Source of the DNA: Chara braunii | Lineage: Eukaryota; Plantae; Charophyceae | Assembly (NCBI GenBank): GCA_003427395.1 | Contig: BFEA01000015.1 | Coordinates: forward strand, 4,991,927-5,055,819 | Reading direction: 5' to 3' | DNA length: 63,893 nt | Part shown: positions 12,506 to 24,980 of the stretch, one piece after another | How the letters are laid out: every line of letters starts with the position of its first letter | Position numbering within the stretch: the first letter of the stretch is position 1 | Made by a program: the position numbers and the translations under genes | The notes under the pieces: model-generated | The model's database searches: none | What the model saw: the letters and a program-made list of their open reading frames with translations, nothing else | What the model was told of the DNA's origin: nothing

Positions 12506-14461
12506 CTGCAACCAACGACGCATACAAAGAGAAACAACAGACAAGATTGAACAGTCAGCACTCAAATACAACCCCGACGGCTAACAATCATCTAATACCA
12601 GACAGGTAACAGAAACGAATAAAGGAAACATGAGTCGGATAATCAATCTTAACCGTGGAACGCAGGAAGACCAAATCATAACAACAAATTCCAGGAGCGT
12701 TTCCCTTCCCTTCCCCTCCCCTCCCTTCTCATCAACGTCCCTTCACTGCTCTTCCCAATCCTCACCACCGCCCTTCCCTCCCTTCCCTTCGCTTCGCTTG
12801 TCCCTGTGCCTAGCGGCCTTCAAAGATGACACGCTAAGTCATCATCGAGAGAACCTTTTGGGGTTTATTTTCTCTTTCCGTGATGTGCGGGAGACAGAAC
12901 AGAAAGATGATGATTAGAGAGAAAGATCCGGAGTGAAGGAAATGACGGAGAGATATACAAATAAGAAAATTGAAAGATAAGTAGGTAGGTAGACAGCGGG
13001 AGAGAAAGCGATAGAGAGAGAGAGAGACAGTTCCCTTCTCTTCGCTTGTCCCTGTCCCAAAACATGAAGACCACGAAGGTTGTGCGGATCACGAGATAGA
13101 TAGTCGGAGAGGGAATCCAGATGGAAGTGCAACCCAGAAACACCACTCTGTCCGGAAACAGGCAGCCTGACCACTTTTTCCATATACCTGCTTGCAGGAG
13201 ATGCGAGGGAGTACACACCACAAAAACACGAACCTTCCAATACTCGATCGATAACTCACTGACCTGAGGAAAGGACAAACACAGGAAGTGCTCATCAATC
13301 GAAGAAGGGGAGAATAACCGGACGACGGCTACCAATAGAGCACTTAGGTCTAGGCGACAGATAAAAATGGCAGTAAAATCCTCCAAAAGGCAAGCGACGA
13401 CTACAAGGACACTGGGATCGACAGGCAAAGAAAGAACAGCTAATCACGACACCTGTAACGAATCGAATGCCACTCGCCAAGGGTCAGCGACACGATGTTA
13501 ACCAAATGGTGCGCAGCATACCTTGTGCAAGGACATTGACAGATCACACATCTAAAATTTTAACAGATCCGCTGGAGTGAGGACGGTTCTGAAGTCCCAC
13601 AGGATTTCAACACCAACATAACATATGAGTGAGGAGCATAGCGAGCACGAATCGGAAATATGACACGCGCCATCAAAGTTACGAGGAGACAGTGAAGATG
13701 ACCTAGAATCAGATTTTTTTTTTTTTTTGGAAGGTTGACTAAGCCAAAGAGTTAAGGACAGGTCAAAGATAGAAAAAAAAAACTGGATAAAATTTATTGA
13801 CGATCAAGCTCGGTTTAGGGAGAACGGTAAGCAAATGAAGACTGAGTCACGCGGATGCAAGGAAACACGGCGAGATGACTGGAGGGCAGGGCTATTGAGA
13901 AGGGCGTCAAAGGGATCACAAACACCAACAGAGGAACTGAAAATATGGCGAGTCCAGTACAAGGGGCAATTGCGGGATGTCTAGAACGCCAGGGATGAGA
14001 GGAAGACCTAAGGACGTGGAAGAGTCGAGGAAGGAGGGAGGGAAGAGAAGAGAGGAAGAAGGAAGATAGGCTCCGTGCGAAAGAAGATTATCAAGGAAGG
14101 CCCGAGAGCGGGAGAAGAGTCGAGAAAGGAGGAGAGAAGGGAAGAGGAGGCAGAAGAAGAATGGAGATAGGGTCCAAGTGAAGAACGAATATGTAAAAGC
14201 TCACGGGAAATTGGTTTTGCGGAATGAAGTCACGTGGAAATCAATAAGCAGAAAGGTCACAGTGGACAGAAAAATAGCAACGGCGGAGAAAATGAGATAG
14301 GAGAGAGAGACAAAGCCAGCTGAGAGCAGTACTCCGCACTGACAAGAGATCGTCAAGAAAGCGAAAGAAGACAGATCTGACGTACACATCCAGCACAGGC
14401 AGGGACTTCCTGACAAACCATCAACATCAGCTCCCTGATGACGTGTGTGTCTTTAACGTAC

Positions 14462-14473
14462 CTGATCCGCCAT
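14462..14473 (-). CDS. RPS11: 40S ribosomal protein S11, exon 1 coding part (MADQ)
   Basis: gcgATGGCGGATCAG/gtacgt; exons sum to 12+41+98+145+181=477 nt = 158 aa plus stop, in frame. Confidence 0.9.
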
Positions 14474-14673
14474 CGCTGCCGGCTGCTAGACCTCTCCCGA
14501 ATTTCCCCGCGCCACTAAGACGTCCTGCACAGACAACAAAGGAAAAACACGCAGCGCCGAAGAGGCCTACCGTTCGCCGGCGCTGCTACCATATACTCAA
14601 AAATCTCATTCCCGAAAGTGTCCGTCGGCTCCCCAAGGAAAATCACGCGCCTGTCGCCATGGGCATCCCTGCC

Positions 14674-14829
14674 AACCGAAAGCGGTAACAGCCCTTGCAA
14701 AACCGAAAGCGGTAACAGCCCTTGTAAGCTTACACTTAGGATAACAGGCCTCCTAAGCGGAAAACTGGGGCCCAGGCAACTGGGGGGTAACCCCGTGAGA
14801 TTTACCGCAGGAGGCGAAACTGTTACCGC
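14674..14829. promoter_or_regulatory. RPS11 upstream region with a 27-bp tandem duplication and a repeated GCGGTAACA motif
   Basis: aaccgaaagcggtaacagcccttg(c/t)aa twice (14674-14727); inverted tgttaccgc at 14821; gggccc at ~14768. Confidence 0.45.
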
Positions 14830-17800
14830 CATATGGACGGGACTACTTGAATCTTTCCTTCAAAGACGTCTGCGGCCTGCCGTCAAGGTTGTGTCGAAAT
14901 GTGTTGTCCATCCGTTTAGGCCCCACGAAAATGAAAACCGTGAGGGGACGGAGTACACACGTGGCCTACGGGTAGCAGCGGCAACAGGCAGGCACAGGCC
15001 TGATAGAAGACCCAAAAGGCAGGCAGAGCTCAGAAAGTGAAGCAGGGAAAGCTCCAAGGCAGGCCAAGAGTGAAAGGAAACAGATAGGTCGAAAGAGGAC
15101 CTGTAAAACCCCCAGCGAAGCTAAGTGATGGGAGGGGCAACCTGAGTCGTTGGAGTGTCTGGTGTGGTCTCCACAAATCCTACCTGAGCAAGGTGTTGGT
15201 TGAACATGCTCTCCTGCGGCAACGATCTCCGAGCACTAAGGCTCACTCACATACCGTGTGGTCGTGGCCTTGCAGCCCGTCGTCAAATGAAGTGATGAAA
15301 CCCTGACGATAGAGTAGAGTTGAGATAGGGCCCCTTGCTCCACTACACAACACTATACACGATCATCCAGATACATTCAAATGCTGGACTCGTTCAAATG
15401 CACCTGTTCAACGAAGTGCACGAGAAATGCACTGCCTCAGATGAGGAACCTCACTCCACTTCACACAGCACATGTATCTCGATATCGCATCATCCAAATA
15501 CATTCCAAATTTGTAACTTGTATGTATACACCTTGGTTTAGAAAGCAAACAAATGATCATAGAGTGTTGAGTTAGTTCAACATCGCAATATAAAAGGGAC
15601 CTCTGGTAGGTAGGTGGTGAAAGGCAGAAAATTAATTTGAGAGAAGTGCAATAAACTCAGTTGAAAATCTGCAGGAGTCAAAGGCAGGGTCATAACTTTT
15701 GGTCGAAGGCTAGAAAGTAGGGTCAAAAGTCGCGTCTTTAGTCCATTACAGGTCCGTGATAAATGAGATGTAAAAACAAAAAGGCAAATAATAATTGAAA
15801 GAACATACGAAGATAAGGCATAATTTTGTGTTTTATCAGAAAACATAGAGTAATTGGTGTAAACTCAGAAACTGATGTCTGTAGTGGAATGAATTTGGTC
15901 TTAGGTTGAAAGTAACCTTAATGCAATAATTATTATGGAAGCGTTACAGCAACCAACAAGGCTATGCATGAAGCGATGGACTAGGTCCATGCCTTGCTTG
16001 ATAGTTATATAGTTGAAAAACTACTTAAGATAAAAAATGATGTTAAAGAAAAAAAAAACGACATGAAGACGGCAAGAAAAAAGAAACAAACATACAAGTT
16101 ATTAACACTAATATTGCACAACTTAATGAAGCTTTGAGAGAAAACAAAGCAAGAAACGAAACCTATCTGAAAAAGATGCAATAATAAAAGATGTAAAATA
16201 AAAATTGAGAGAAATACAACATAAGGTTACAGGGGAAAAATAAGAAGCAAAATTGGATTTGGCGTCATTGACGAAACATGTGTTGGAGTATTTTGCCCGT
16301 ACCTTGTCCACTTTGAAGTAAAACTAAACATAATAATTTTATAAAAGAAATAGCTCGGCGTTGAATTTGCCACATTTACCAACCTAGTATAAGGTAAGAT
16401 AGAGATAAATGGAAAATTAAAAAAATATATATAAAGAAACTCGCAACGAAAAATTGATGGGCGACACCATTAAATTATCAAACTAGCGATAACAAAAAAA
16501 AAAAAGAAAAAAAAAAAAGACACTGCAATTCACATATATATGAATTTTTATTATTATTACTATAGATCATAAAAATTCAAATATATTGTTCCACCACCTT
16601 AATAAAAAAAAAACACTGCGTTGCTTTCATGATCTCGTAACTATGTGAAAATGTCAAGGCATGCGTTCTGTCTGAGGCAAATGTTGCAGGATTTTTATTC
16701 TATGGGGATTGGTCAAAGACACTCAAGTTGAAAGAATGTCTAAATAAAATTAAGGAAAGGTTAAAAAACATGGCAACTTTCGACAAATTGTTTGGTGAGT
16801 TTACTACCATAACCTCGGTGGACCATTGTAAACCAATTATTAAAGGAAGTAGATAAGTTATGGCAAAGTTAATCGTTAAAACAAAATCAGGTAAGCACAA
16901 CTACAAACAATTTATGAAATTTCACCTCGTAGCGTGAACAAATAACTTCACAACCGAAATATATGTATTCCGATGTGGTAATTGAACGAGAACAAGGTGG
17001 TTTGGGCAAGAGAACCTCATGGAGATAAAAATGGCAAACCCACGTCCTTGTCATTTTGGTTGATGAAACAATGAAAAAGTAACCTCTCGAAGAAAATGAT
17101 GGTGAAAAAGGAAACAATGATTAGTATAAAAATTGAAACATTCATGTCATTATTGCTAACAAGAGAGACATACAGAAAAGTAAAAAAAAAAAANNNNNNN
17201 NNNNNNNNNNNNNNNNNNNNNNNNNNNNNNNNNNNNNNNNNNNNNNNNNNNNNNNNNNNNNNNNNNNNNNNNNNNNNNNNNNNNNNNNNNNNNNNNNNNN
17301 NNNNNNNNAAAAAAAAAAAAAAAAAAAAAATTGTTATTTTTTCTTCTATTTTAGTATAGCTTCTAAAAAACTTTAAGAGAAGATAGGTATCTCCCATGAG
17401 GTATAGCAGGATAGGATGAAGAAGAATTATTGTATGAAATATAGTACCAAATGATTCATAATTGCATGATGTCCTCTGATTATAAACCTTAAAGGGAGCA
17501 ACCAGTAGGAGTGACATATTCTCATACTGAGCCAAACAATGTAGTTGATTTTCCCCAGAACCCCCTTCAACCCTTAAGCTCATAAACCTTCGCCTATGTC
17601 TCCCTAAAAAAATATTATCTTCAGTCATCTTATATGAGTCCTTTGATAAACTTCGAAAAGAAAGTGAAAACTAAGGATGATTTAAATGATAGCAAACTTA
17701 AAGATTGCACGTTCATCCATGATTGTTTTACTGGTTAATCGCATCTTACACATATCAGAAAACAATAAAGAAGTAACACTTAATAAAGTCTTTTAAGGAG

Positions 17801-19329
17801 TTAGTTAATTATATTATGTTAGTGTTTACCGATCGAAGCACCACAATAACATCCAGTATGTCATCAATCATAGTGCTTTCATCAGCAAGCATTAATGTAA
17901 TGAGATTTAATAACTCATTAACCTTCATTCACAATATATAATATTTTTATTGTTTTCTCATATACATAAAATACTTTATAATAAAAAAATGAGCGAAAAT
18001 ACAGCATGACATAACTTTTCTTATCGAGGAAACATTCTCGTTTGACTTGATATGAGAATGAATTAGCATTAAAAAGTCGACCCATAAGTAAAATATAAAG
18101 ATAAAACTGTACAGTTCAAATATAAAATTAAGAGATGAAATTGTTGTTTAACAAGTGAAGCTCATACTCATTACTGTTTTTTTGTTGTATGAGTTCAACC
18201 GCTTTCTGAAGTATTATCACACCAAAGAGTTTGGCATGTGAGGTAACAATGACACTCATTAAGAACGAGCGTACATGCTCTATTTATTCAGTTAGTCAAT
18301 AACTATTAGGAGATCACAAAGATCTGCAAACTGAACCAACGGGAGTAACTGAAAAAAAACAACAAACAATTAAGATTATTTTAGAAAGTAACATTTTTCA
18401 AAAATGATCTACAATATGTCCCCGCGAAAATTCACAAAGTTAAAGAAATAATTTTAAGAGATTACTGTAAAATTATAAATTTAACTTCAAATAGTTCGTT
18501 AATATTGAAATGAAACCGAACTATCACCAGATGGAAGTGATTCATGAAGACCAACACAAGACAAAGTTTTGAACAAGGCATGACCATTATAAGTTTGTGA
18601 TATTGCCCTTTGGTTTCACTAATGCCCCCACAACCTTCCAACGATCAATGAATGAACTCTTCCATAGTTAGCTATACATGTTGGAGGACCACATGAAACA
18701 TTTACGAATGATATTCTAGGAGTTGGAAAAATAAATTTTTAAATAAAATAAAAAATTCAGAATTTGCTAAATTTGAAGTCTTGAACATCAAATATAATAA
18801 ATAAGAAAAGTTTGAGACGATATAAAATAAAAGTTGTCGCAATAAAGAATTTCACGATTCGCAAATCATTATAGGAAGTTTATAAGAAACTTTTGAATTA
18901 TAGCCGCCTAGATCAAAAAGTTGTTTCAGAAAGAAATAATATCGTTGTAAGATAAAGATTATGAGTTCTCATTACAAATGTTCAAATATGCTTTGACTCA
19001 TTCTCGTGTTTTGAAAATAACAAATCCTTCACTCCTATTCGTTGTCCTAATATAATTTAGTAAAAGATTAGACTATTTTCCAGCAAAATGACTGAAACGT
19101 TACAGACCGATTGAATTTATGTTATGTCGCTTACCCTGTGAAAGATTGACTAACTTAACCTAAGAGACAAAATTGTATGTTCTATTGCAAGTGTTAACTA
19201 TATAGAAACAATAATTTTTAGAAAGACACTTCAAAGTCTATTAAGATGAAAAACCTTTGAAGTGTCTCAATACGGATTCTTTAATGAGCTAGCATGATGG
19301 TAAAAAATCAAGACTGATAGCTTAAATTC

Positions 19330-19861
19330 ACGAGTGCGGCTCGTACTATAGCGAAAAGAACCGATGGAGTGGTAAAAATAAAAAAAAATGATTGACATAG
19401 TCAAATGCCCTAAAAATGTACAGATGTAGACTTAGCGTAATACAAAAATCATAAAAAATATTTCAAAAAATAATAAATTGTTTAGACCCCGCAATAAATT
19501 GAAAACAAAACGTAAAAAGTAAAAAAAAAATAAAAAAATAGTGAGTGGCCGCGCACCTTTTAACACCGCTATCTTTGGCGATTTTTAATATTTGTTTGGC
19601 TTAGCAAAAAAACTTAAATATTTATAGACATGTACCTCACATCATAGAAAACTCGCAAAATACACTCAACAAACAAAAACTTATTTTTAGGTTCCGAAAT
19701 AATTTTTGACGGGGGCCGAACCCTAAACCTAAAACCCGGAATCCAAAACCCAAAACCTAAAACCCAACCCCCTTCGGGTTCGGACCCCGAACGAGACCCT
19801 GAACGCCCGTACATACGGATATTGGCCCGGGAACCTCCTTATGTACGAGTTGGTGATCCTG
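19330..19861. mobile_element. Partial hAT-type MITE, same family as 30460-31211, nested in the Gypsy pol
   Basis: Shares aacaccgc.atctttggcgattttt, gaacgcccgtacatacgga and the terminus tggtga(t/c)cctg; left end not resolved. Confidence 0.7.
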
Positions 19862-20930
19862 TCCGCAACGATTTATTTTGCAGTTGAAACGATCGTTTTA
19901 ATATTTTTTACAGAAACATCACTACCAAAGGTATGGATCTTTAATATTTTTTATATATTGGCTCACACATAGTAAATCGACAAGAATGAAAGATCAAACA
20001 AATCCGCACGACATTTATTTGTTTTTTTTTTCCCTTTATAACGATCAACGAGCAATTTACAAACCGTTCAATTTCCAAAGTTTTTCAATCATTCTTCTGA
20101 GTGCAAAAAATTGTTAAAGTCAGACAAATACTTTTTTCCGTTCGCCCACACGTTGTAAAGTAACAAAAATAAAAAATGAGACGAATCCGCATAATATTAT
20201 TTTGATAATTAAAAAAAATATATATATATATATATATATTGTTTTTTAAAAATCACAATTTTAGTGTATGGGATTAAAAATTTTTAGATTGTTTCGTTAA
20301 CTATTATGAACGAGAAAAATTATAAAAATTGGTGAACAAAAATTAATGGACTGAACTCATATGTATCTGCTGGTCGTCGGCCCCCCGTAAAACCCGGTCT
20401 GTACTGCAAGGAAAGCCAAATTTTAGACATCGACAGTAGCCATGGTTTAAATTAAAGACAATGAGAGGTAAATGTAATGGCGAGACTAATGCACTCTCTC
20501 TACAATCTGATTTTCTTAGAGCTATTGTTACCTATCTCGATATTAAAAGTGAATTGAATAATAAAATTAGAAATGCATATGATAAAAATCAGATACAACA
20601 ATCGATTATTTAAACTTTAAAGCCACCGATTCACGCCCCCACACTGTTCTGCTATTGCAGTAAACTGCACTTGGACCTGGGTTGTTCGACAGAGGGTCAG
20701 TAGAGCTTTGGGGCGAAGTATTGGTAAACCTAAAAAATAAGAGTAGCCAGCCCACGAGGTGCAATGGATGAGTGGACGCAAGATGTGAAAACACCAACTT
20801 CGGTAAAACAAAGAAACATAAAGTACGGGTTTGGAAAAGACACAAATAAAGAAAAGAAATAAAAAAAGTTAAAAGCAAAAAAAAAACTTGTAAGGTTTGC
20901 CATTTAGCGGGTGGCAAATGATTGTGACAA

Positions 20931-21820
20931 AATAGGGAACACATAGGGCATTGTTGTAGTACTCTCCACATGCAAAAAAAAACAAAAAATATAGGTAATT
21001 CCTTTTTTTTTTCTTCCACAATATGCCAATTCCAAAACGCGTCTGACGCGCTACCTATTGCTGACCTCATCTCAACAAATGTGAAAATGACAAAACTTGT
21101 GGCAGGTGAATTTTCCCACGTTCCCGTGGAAGATGCATCCCCCATTTTCAAAAAGGTTCCATCACTCGTGAATATGGATCGCACCAGAAGGCGATTTTCG
21201 CGTCCTGCCAGATTTCGGATGATTCGATTGTCAAAAGGCACTCCGGATGCAATAGTTTTTTTTTTTTTTTTTTTTTTTGCAATAGGCATTTCTTGATTGA
21301 GAGTATACACATGTTGGGACTTTCATCGATGTATCCAACCTCGATTGCGGCTTATGATGCATGAATCTGACCGCAATCAAGTCCAAGTCGAGTTAAGATG
21401 TCTCAGTGTGAATATGCCATGAACCTGGTCGTGACTCCAGAAGGATACATCAATGTAAGTCCTATACGTATGGGCGTGCTGCAGGTATATCTGTTCAGAG
21501 CGATGTAGTCTGAGTACGCCCTGAGCTGCGTAACCCTGTTCTTTCTCTTTTCCTTCTTGTTTTTTATTTTTTATTTTTAGGAATGGTTGACGTGCCACAT
21601 GAGTGAAAACAAAGTAAAAGTAAAAAACGAGATACAAAATTGAAAAAAAAGAACTACTTATGGCCTGCTTTTCTTTCCATCTGTTGACAACAGGTCCAAC
21701 ATCTTATTTTTCAACGACGCCGGTACCCCGTCACTTTCAGGCGACAAAATCATTTTTTTGGGGAACAAAACAGGTTTGGGTGAACTAGTGGTTTAAAGCA
21801 AATCCTAAATACTTCCCTGA
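20931..21820. mobile_element. Possible non-autonomous DNA transposon inserted in the Gypsy pol
   Basis: Non-pol sequence between RNase H and integrase; imperfect inverted ends agggaacacatagg / cctaaatacttccct. Confidence 0.3.
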
Positions 21821-24343
21821 GTACCGAAAAAAATGATCGTTTGTTATTTTTAACTGACAACGGTGAATAATGAATTTTTGCACCTCATGATGAATAAATA
21901 AATGGTCTAATTATTGGAGAATGTCATGACACAGAAAACCATTTTGTCGTTAAGAAGACCTATGATAACATGAAGGAGCAATTCGAATGACAAAGAATGA
22001 AAAAATACGTGCTTACCTATGCGAGAACATGCCTTGTTTGTCAATGCAACAAACTGTCATACGAAAAATCTGTGGGAGAGTTCATACCACTTCCCATTCC
22101 TAAGAGACCAGGTCAATCTATCTTTATTAATTTTATGATTCTCACAAAACGTAAAAATAAAAACAACCAAGTCATAGTGATAGTGGATAGGTTCTTTAAG
22201 TATGCAATGTCTATTTATCTCCCCGCTAAAGTAAAAACAAAGTTATTGATTCAAAAGTTTTAGCTAAGATGAGTTTACGAGTATGGATTCCCTAAACTAA
22301 TTGTGTCTGATAAGGATGTCTAATTTTTAACAACTTATGCAGATGTATATTAGGCCAGATTAAGTGGATCAAGATAAGAACTTCCCTAAGATAGTCAATA
22401 CATATAACAACAATGTGCACACAGTCACTGAAACAACACAAAATGCCCTGCACGAGGCAAGTCAATAAAAAAAACCTATAAATTTTATGGTGGGATACAA
22501 ATTTCCAATATGCATTACAGACTGACTAAGTTCAATGACGAAGATGTAGTATGGGTTAAGTCTAATGAATTTTTGTTAAGAAAATAAATCTCGCATTAAC
22601 TACTAGATGCTTACTACAAATTATGAAAAGTTATGAAACTGATTGGGGAAATAAACTGATAATCTTATTAGATTGATGCGTCCCCTCATCTCAAGATATG
22701 TCATGTTTTCCATGCGTTTAAGTTGTTACCCTACGTTAAAGGTCAAAAATTCTCTAACAGACTGTCAATATTTTTACCTTTAATGAAAGTTGAACATATT
22801 ATGAAACGTGAAATTTTATTTATGGGTGGAAGGGAAAAACTGTAAAAGCAGTATACGGTAACGTTCAATAATCGACCTGAATTAGAAACCAAATAATTTA
22901 GTAAAAAAAACTTTAACTTATTGCACCTGATATCATTACGCCTTATAAATTTGAGTGGAAAAAAAATTGTACCAAAATATTAATTTATGTGGTGAAACTC
23001 GAAATTTAGTCGAAAGAAGTCTAATAAACTCAATTCGAAATTCACATGAGTCAAGGGCATGATCATAACTTTTGGTCTAAGGCGAGAAATAGGGGTTAAA
23101 ATTCATATTTTGAGTTCATTAAAAGTCTGTCAATGTTCCTAGGGTAAAAAAGTACGAAGCGCTGACTCGAAGTCAGTGGTTGCATTCAATATTCATACGA
23201 AACAATTGAGTCTTGGAAAATTAAAAGTCAAGCCTTGCATGGGAGAAATGAGCCCAAAGTCAACGTCAAGCCAATAATCCACCATGACCGTAGATCAAAT
23301 GCATATTAATGATTGTCTGCATAATTCTGTAAAATTATGGTACCATATCGGATATGGTATGCTTATAGGATGCATCCAAGTCGTTAAAACCAATAAAATT
23401 TGGACCACCAATGCAGTGAAAGGAGAGACTGAACAACGAGAGTTAACAATATATATTCATGGTCAGACCACTGAAGAGGATATCCGCTTTGTGTTGACTT
23501 ATGACCAAATGCTGCTTTGTGGGGCTGCTGGTGAGAGTTGTTGACGCCAAATGTTATTGGACGACGCCATCCTTGAGGAAGAATGTGTTGGAGTGGTTAT
23601 AACCGCCATGGCTATAGAAGTAGGTGATTGGGTTGCGCGAGGAGAATGAGGACAAGGGTTGCGAGATTGATGAGAGGTTCAAAACGAAGCTTACCTGAAT
23701 TCAGATAACGTCGATTTGATTGATATGATGCTAGTCTCCACCGTGTGAGGGAAAATTACGCAATTCTCCACAGCCTATCGTTGATTATGGAAGGAGGATG
23801 GGTGTTGTGCGAAGATCTACACATTGATTATGTTAGTGGACGTTAGACGAGAGGATGCATTGTTGAGGCGGTGATAGGGAGAAACCCAAATAGAAGTGGG
23901 AGTGAAAAGTGAAATACATGTATATTTGCTTATTAATGAAACTATTTTCGTTTTCTTCTTTGTTTGTTTTATTCGTTCTCGCTTTTCCATGTTTTTTCTT
24001 GGTGACACGATTCTTTTGAAATATGCACATAATCGAGATATGACCTTGTAGTCGATTTTTGAGCCTTCATATAGTGGGTTGGGTTCAAACTTGCTTTACA
24101 TTACTAATTGGCTCTTCAACAAGTGTGAGTTCATTACAAAAGAAAAAAAAGAATAGAAAAACAACGTCGATTATCAGTAGAATGACCTGCAATCCAACCA
24201 TGCTTATTGCATCGTCCATGACTATCGACTAGTCCTTATGAGTCCTCCTGTACTATGCTCATAGTTACAGTACAATGAGGGCATTTAGTCGCTCACAGAA
24301 TTACAAAATACGTTCATGATAACATCCATTTTTTTTAGAAACA

Positions 24344-24402
<59 letters not shown>

Positions 24403-24405
<3 letters not shown>

Positions 24406-24509
24406 CTGATGAGTCGGTGAAACTCCGACGAAACAGTTTGTCACAGTCCCTCATTTGTTGTCCTCTTCTCCGTCTCTGCCTACGGTTTACCGGACAGTTC
24501 TATTTGACG
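24403..24509 (+). ncRNA. Hammerhead ribozyme core motif in a ~107-bp insert within a (TA)n tract (Penelope-like pseudo-LTR remnant)
   Basis: CUGAUGA 24406-24412, stem II GUCGG/CCGAC with UGAAACU loop, GAAAC, short stem III ACA/UGU and GUC at 24440-24442; stem I pairing not evident; flanked by (AT)n 24347-24402 and TA-rich 24510-24538. Confidence 0.6.
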
Positions 24510-24849
24510 ATATATATGTATATACGATATATATGTATTTTGAGATGCATCTCGTTAGCATAGATCCTGCTACCGGAGATATTTGATACGCCCGTTTCTC
24601 ACGAGAGTCTTAAGTAGGCTAGGACTTAGGTAACCTGAATTGCGATAGTCTCATGTAGGCTCTTGAGTACACATGCGAACGACTTGGGTTTGGACAGAGG
24701 AGTGGTTATGATGCAAGATTGAATGTTGAGGTTTGCTTCCCTATTGTGACTTTTTGTATTGGCCTTGGGCATTGCGCCTTACAAATATGTATATATATAT
24801 ATATATTTTTTAAAGATAAATACAATGGATGCACAAACAAGTATACTAC

Positions 24850-24980
24850 CTACCCCGACCATCCCCGGGTCAAATCCCACTTACTTATATCCTTTATTTT
24901 CAAGTCTGACCCTAGATTGCGGAGATCGACGGTCCGGAACGAATAGTGTCGGTAAGTGGGACTTGACTCCCGGGTATAGA
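24850..24980. mobile_element. Small foldback/MITE-like element
   Basis: cccgggtcaaatcccacttac is the near-perfect inverse of gtaagtgggacttgactcccggg. Confidence 0.55.

Larger units (their letters stand above)
15560..23270 (+). mobile_element. Heavily decayed Gypsy LTR retrotransposon (possibly chromovirus-like) with nested insertions
   Basis: LTR-like pair (gagtcaa.ggca.g.tcataacttttggtc.aaggc at ~15676 and ~23048); RT remnant ~18500-18660 (YHQMEV..EDQHKTKF...ILPFGFTNAPTTFQRSMN); RNase H-like ~19000-19300; integrase zinc/core 21997-22330 (YARTCLVCQCNK..PLPIPKRPGQSI..VIVDRF); purine tract ~22952 before the 3' LTR. Confidence 0.8.

Noticed and set aside
13554-13568. 13-nt match to U6 (minus strand atctgttaaaatt) in RPS11 intron 1
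   Set aside because: Short and AT-rich with no extension; compatible with chance.
9191-14461. Intronic C/D snoRNAs in RPS11
   Set aside because: Box C-like words (for example minus-strand ATGATGA near 12840) lack a suitably spaced CTGA and a recognisable rRNA guide; snoscan/Infernal would be needed to exclude them.
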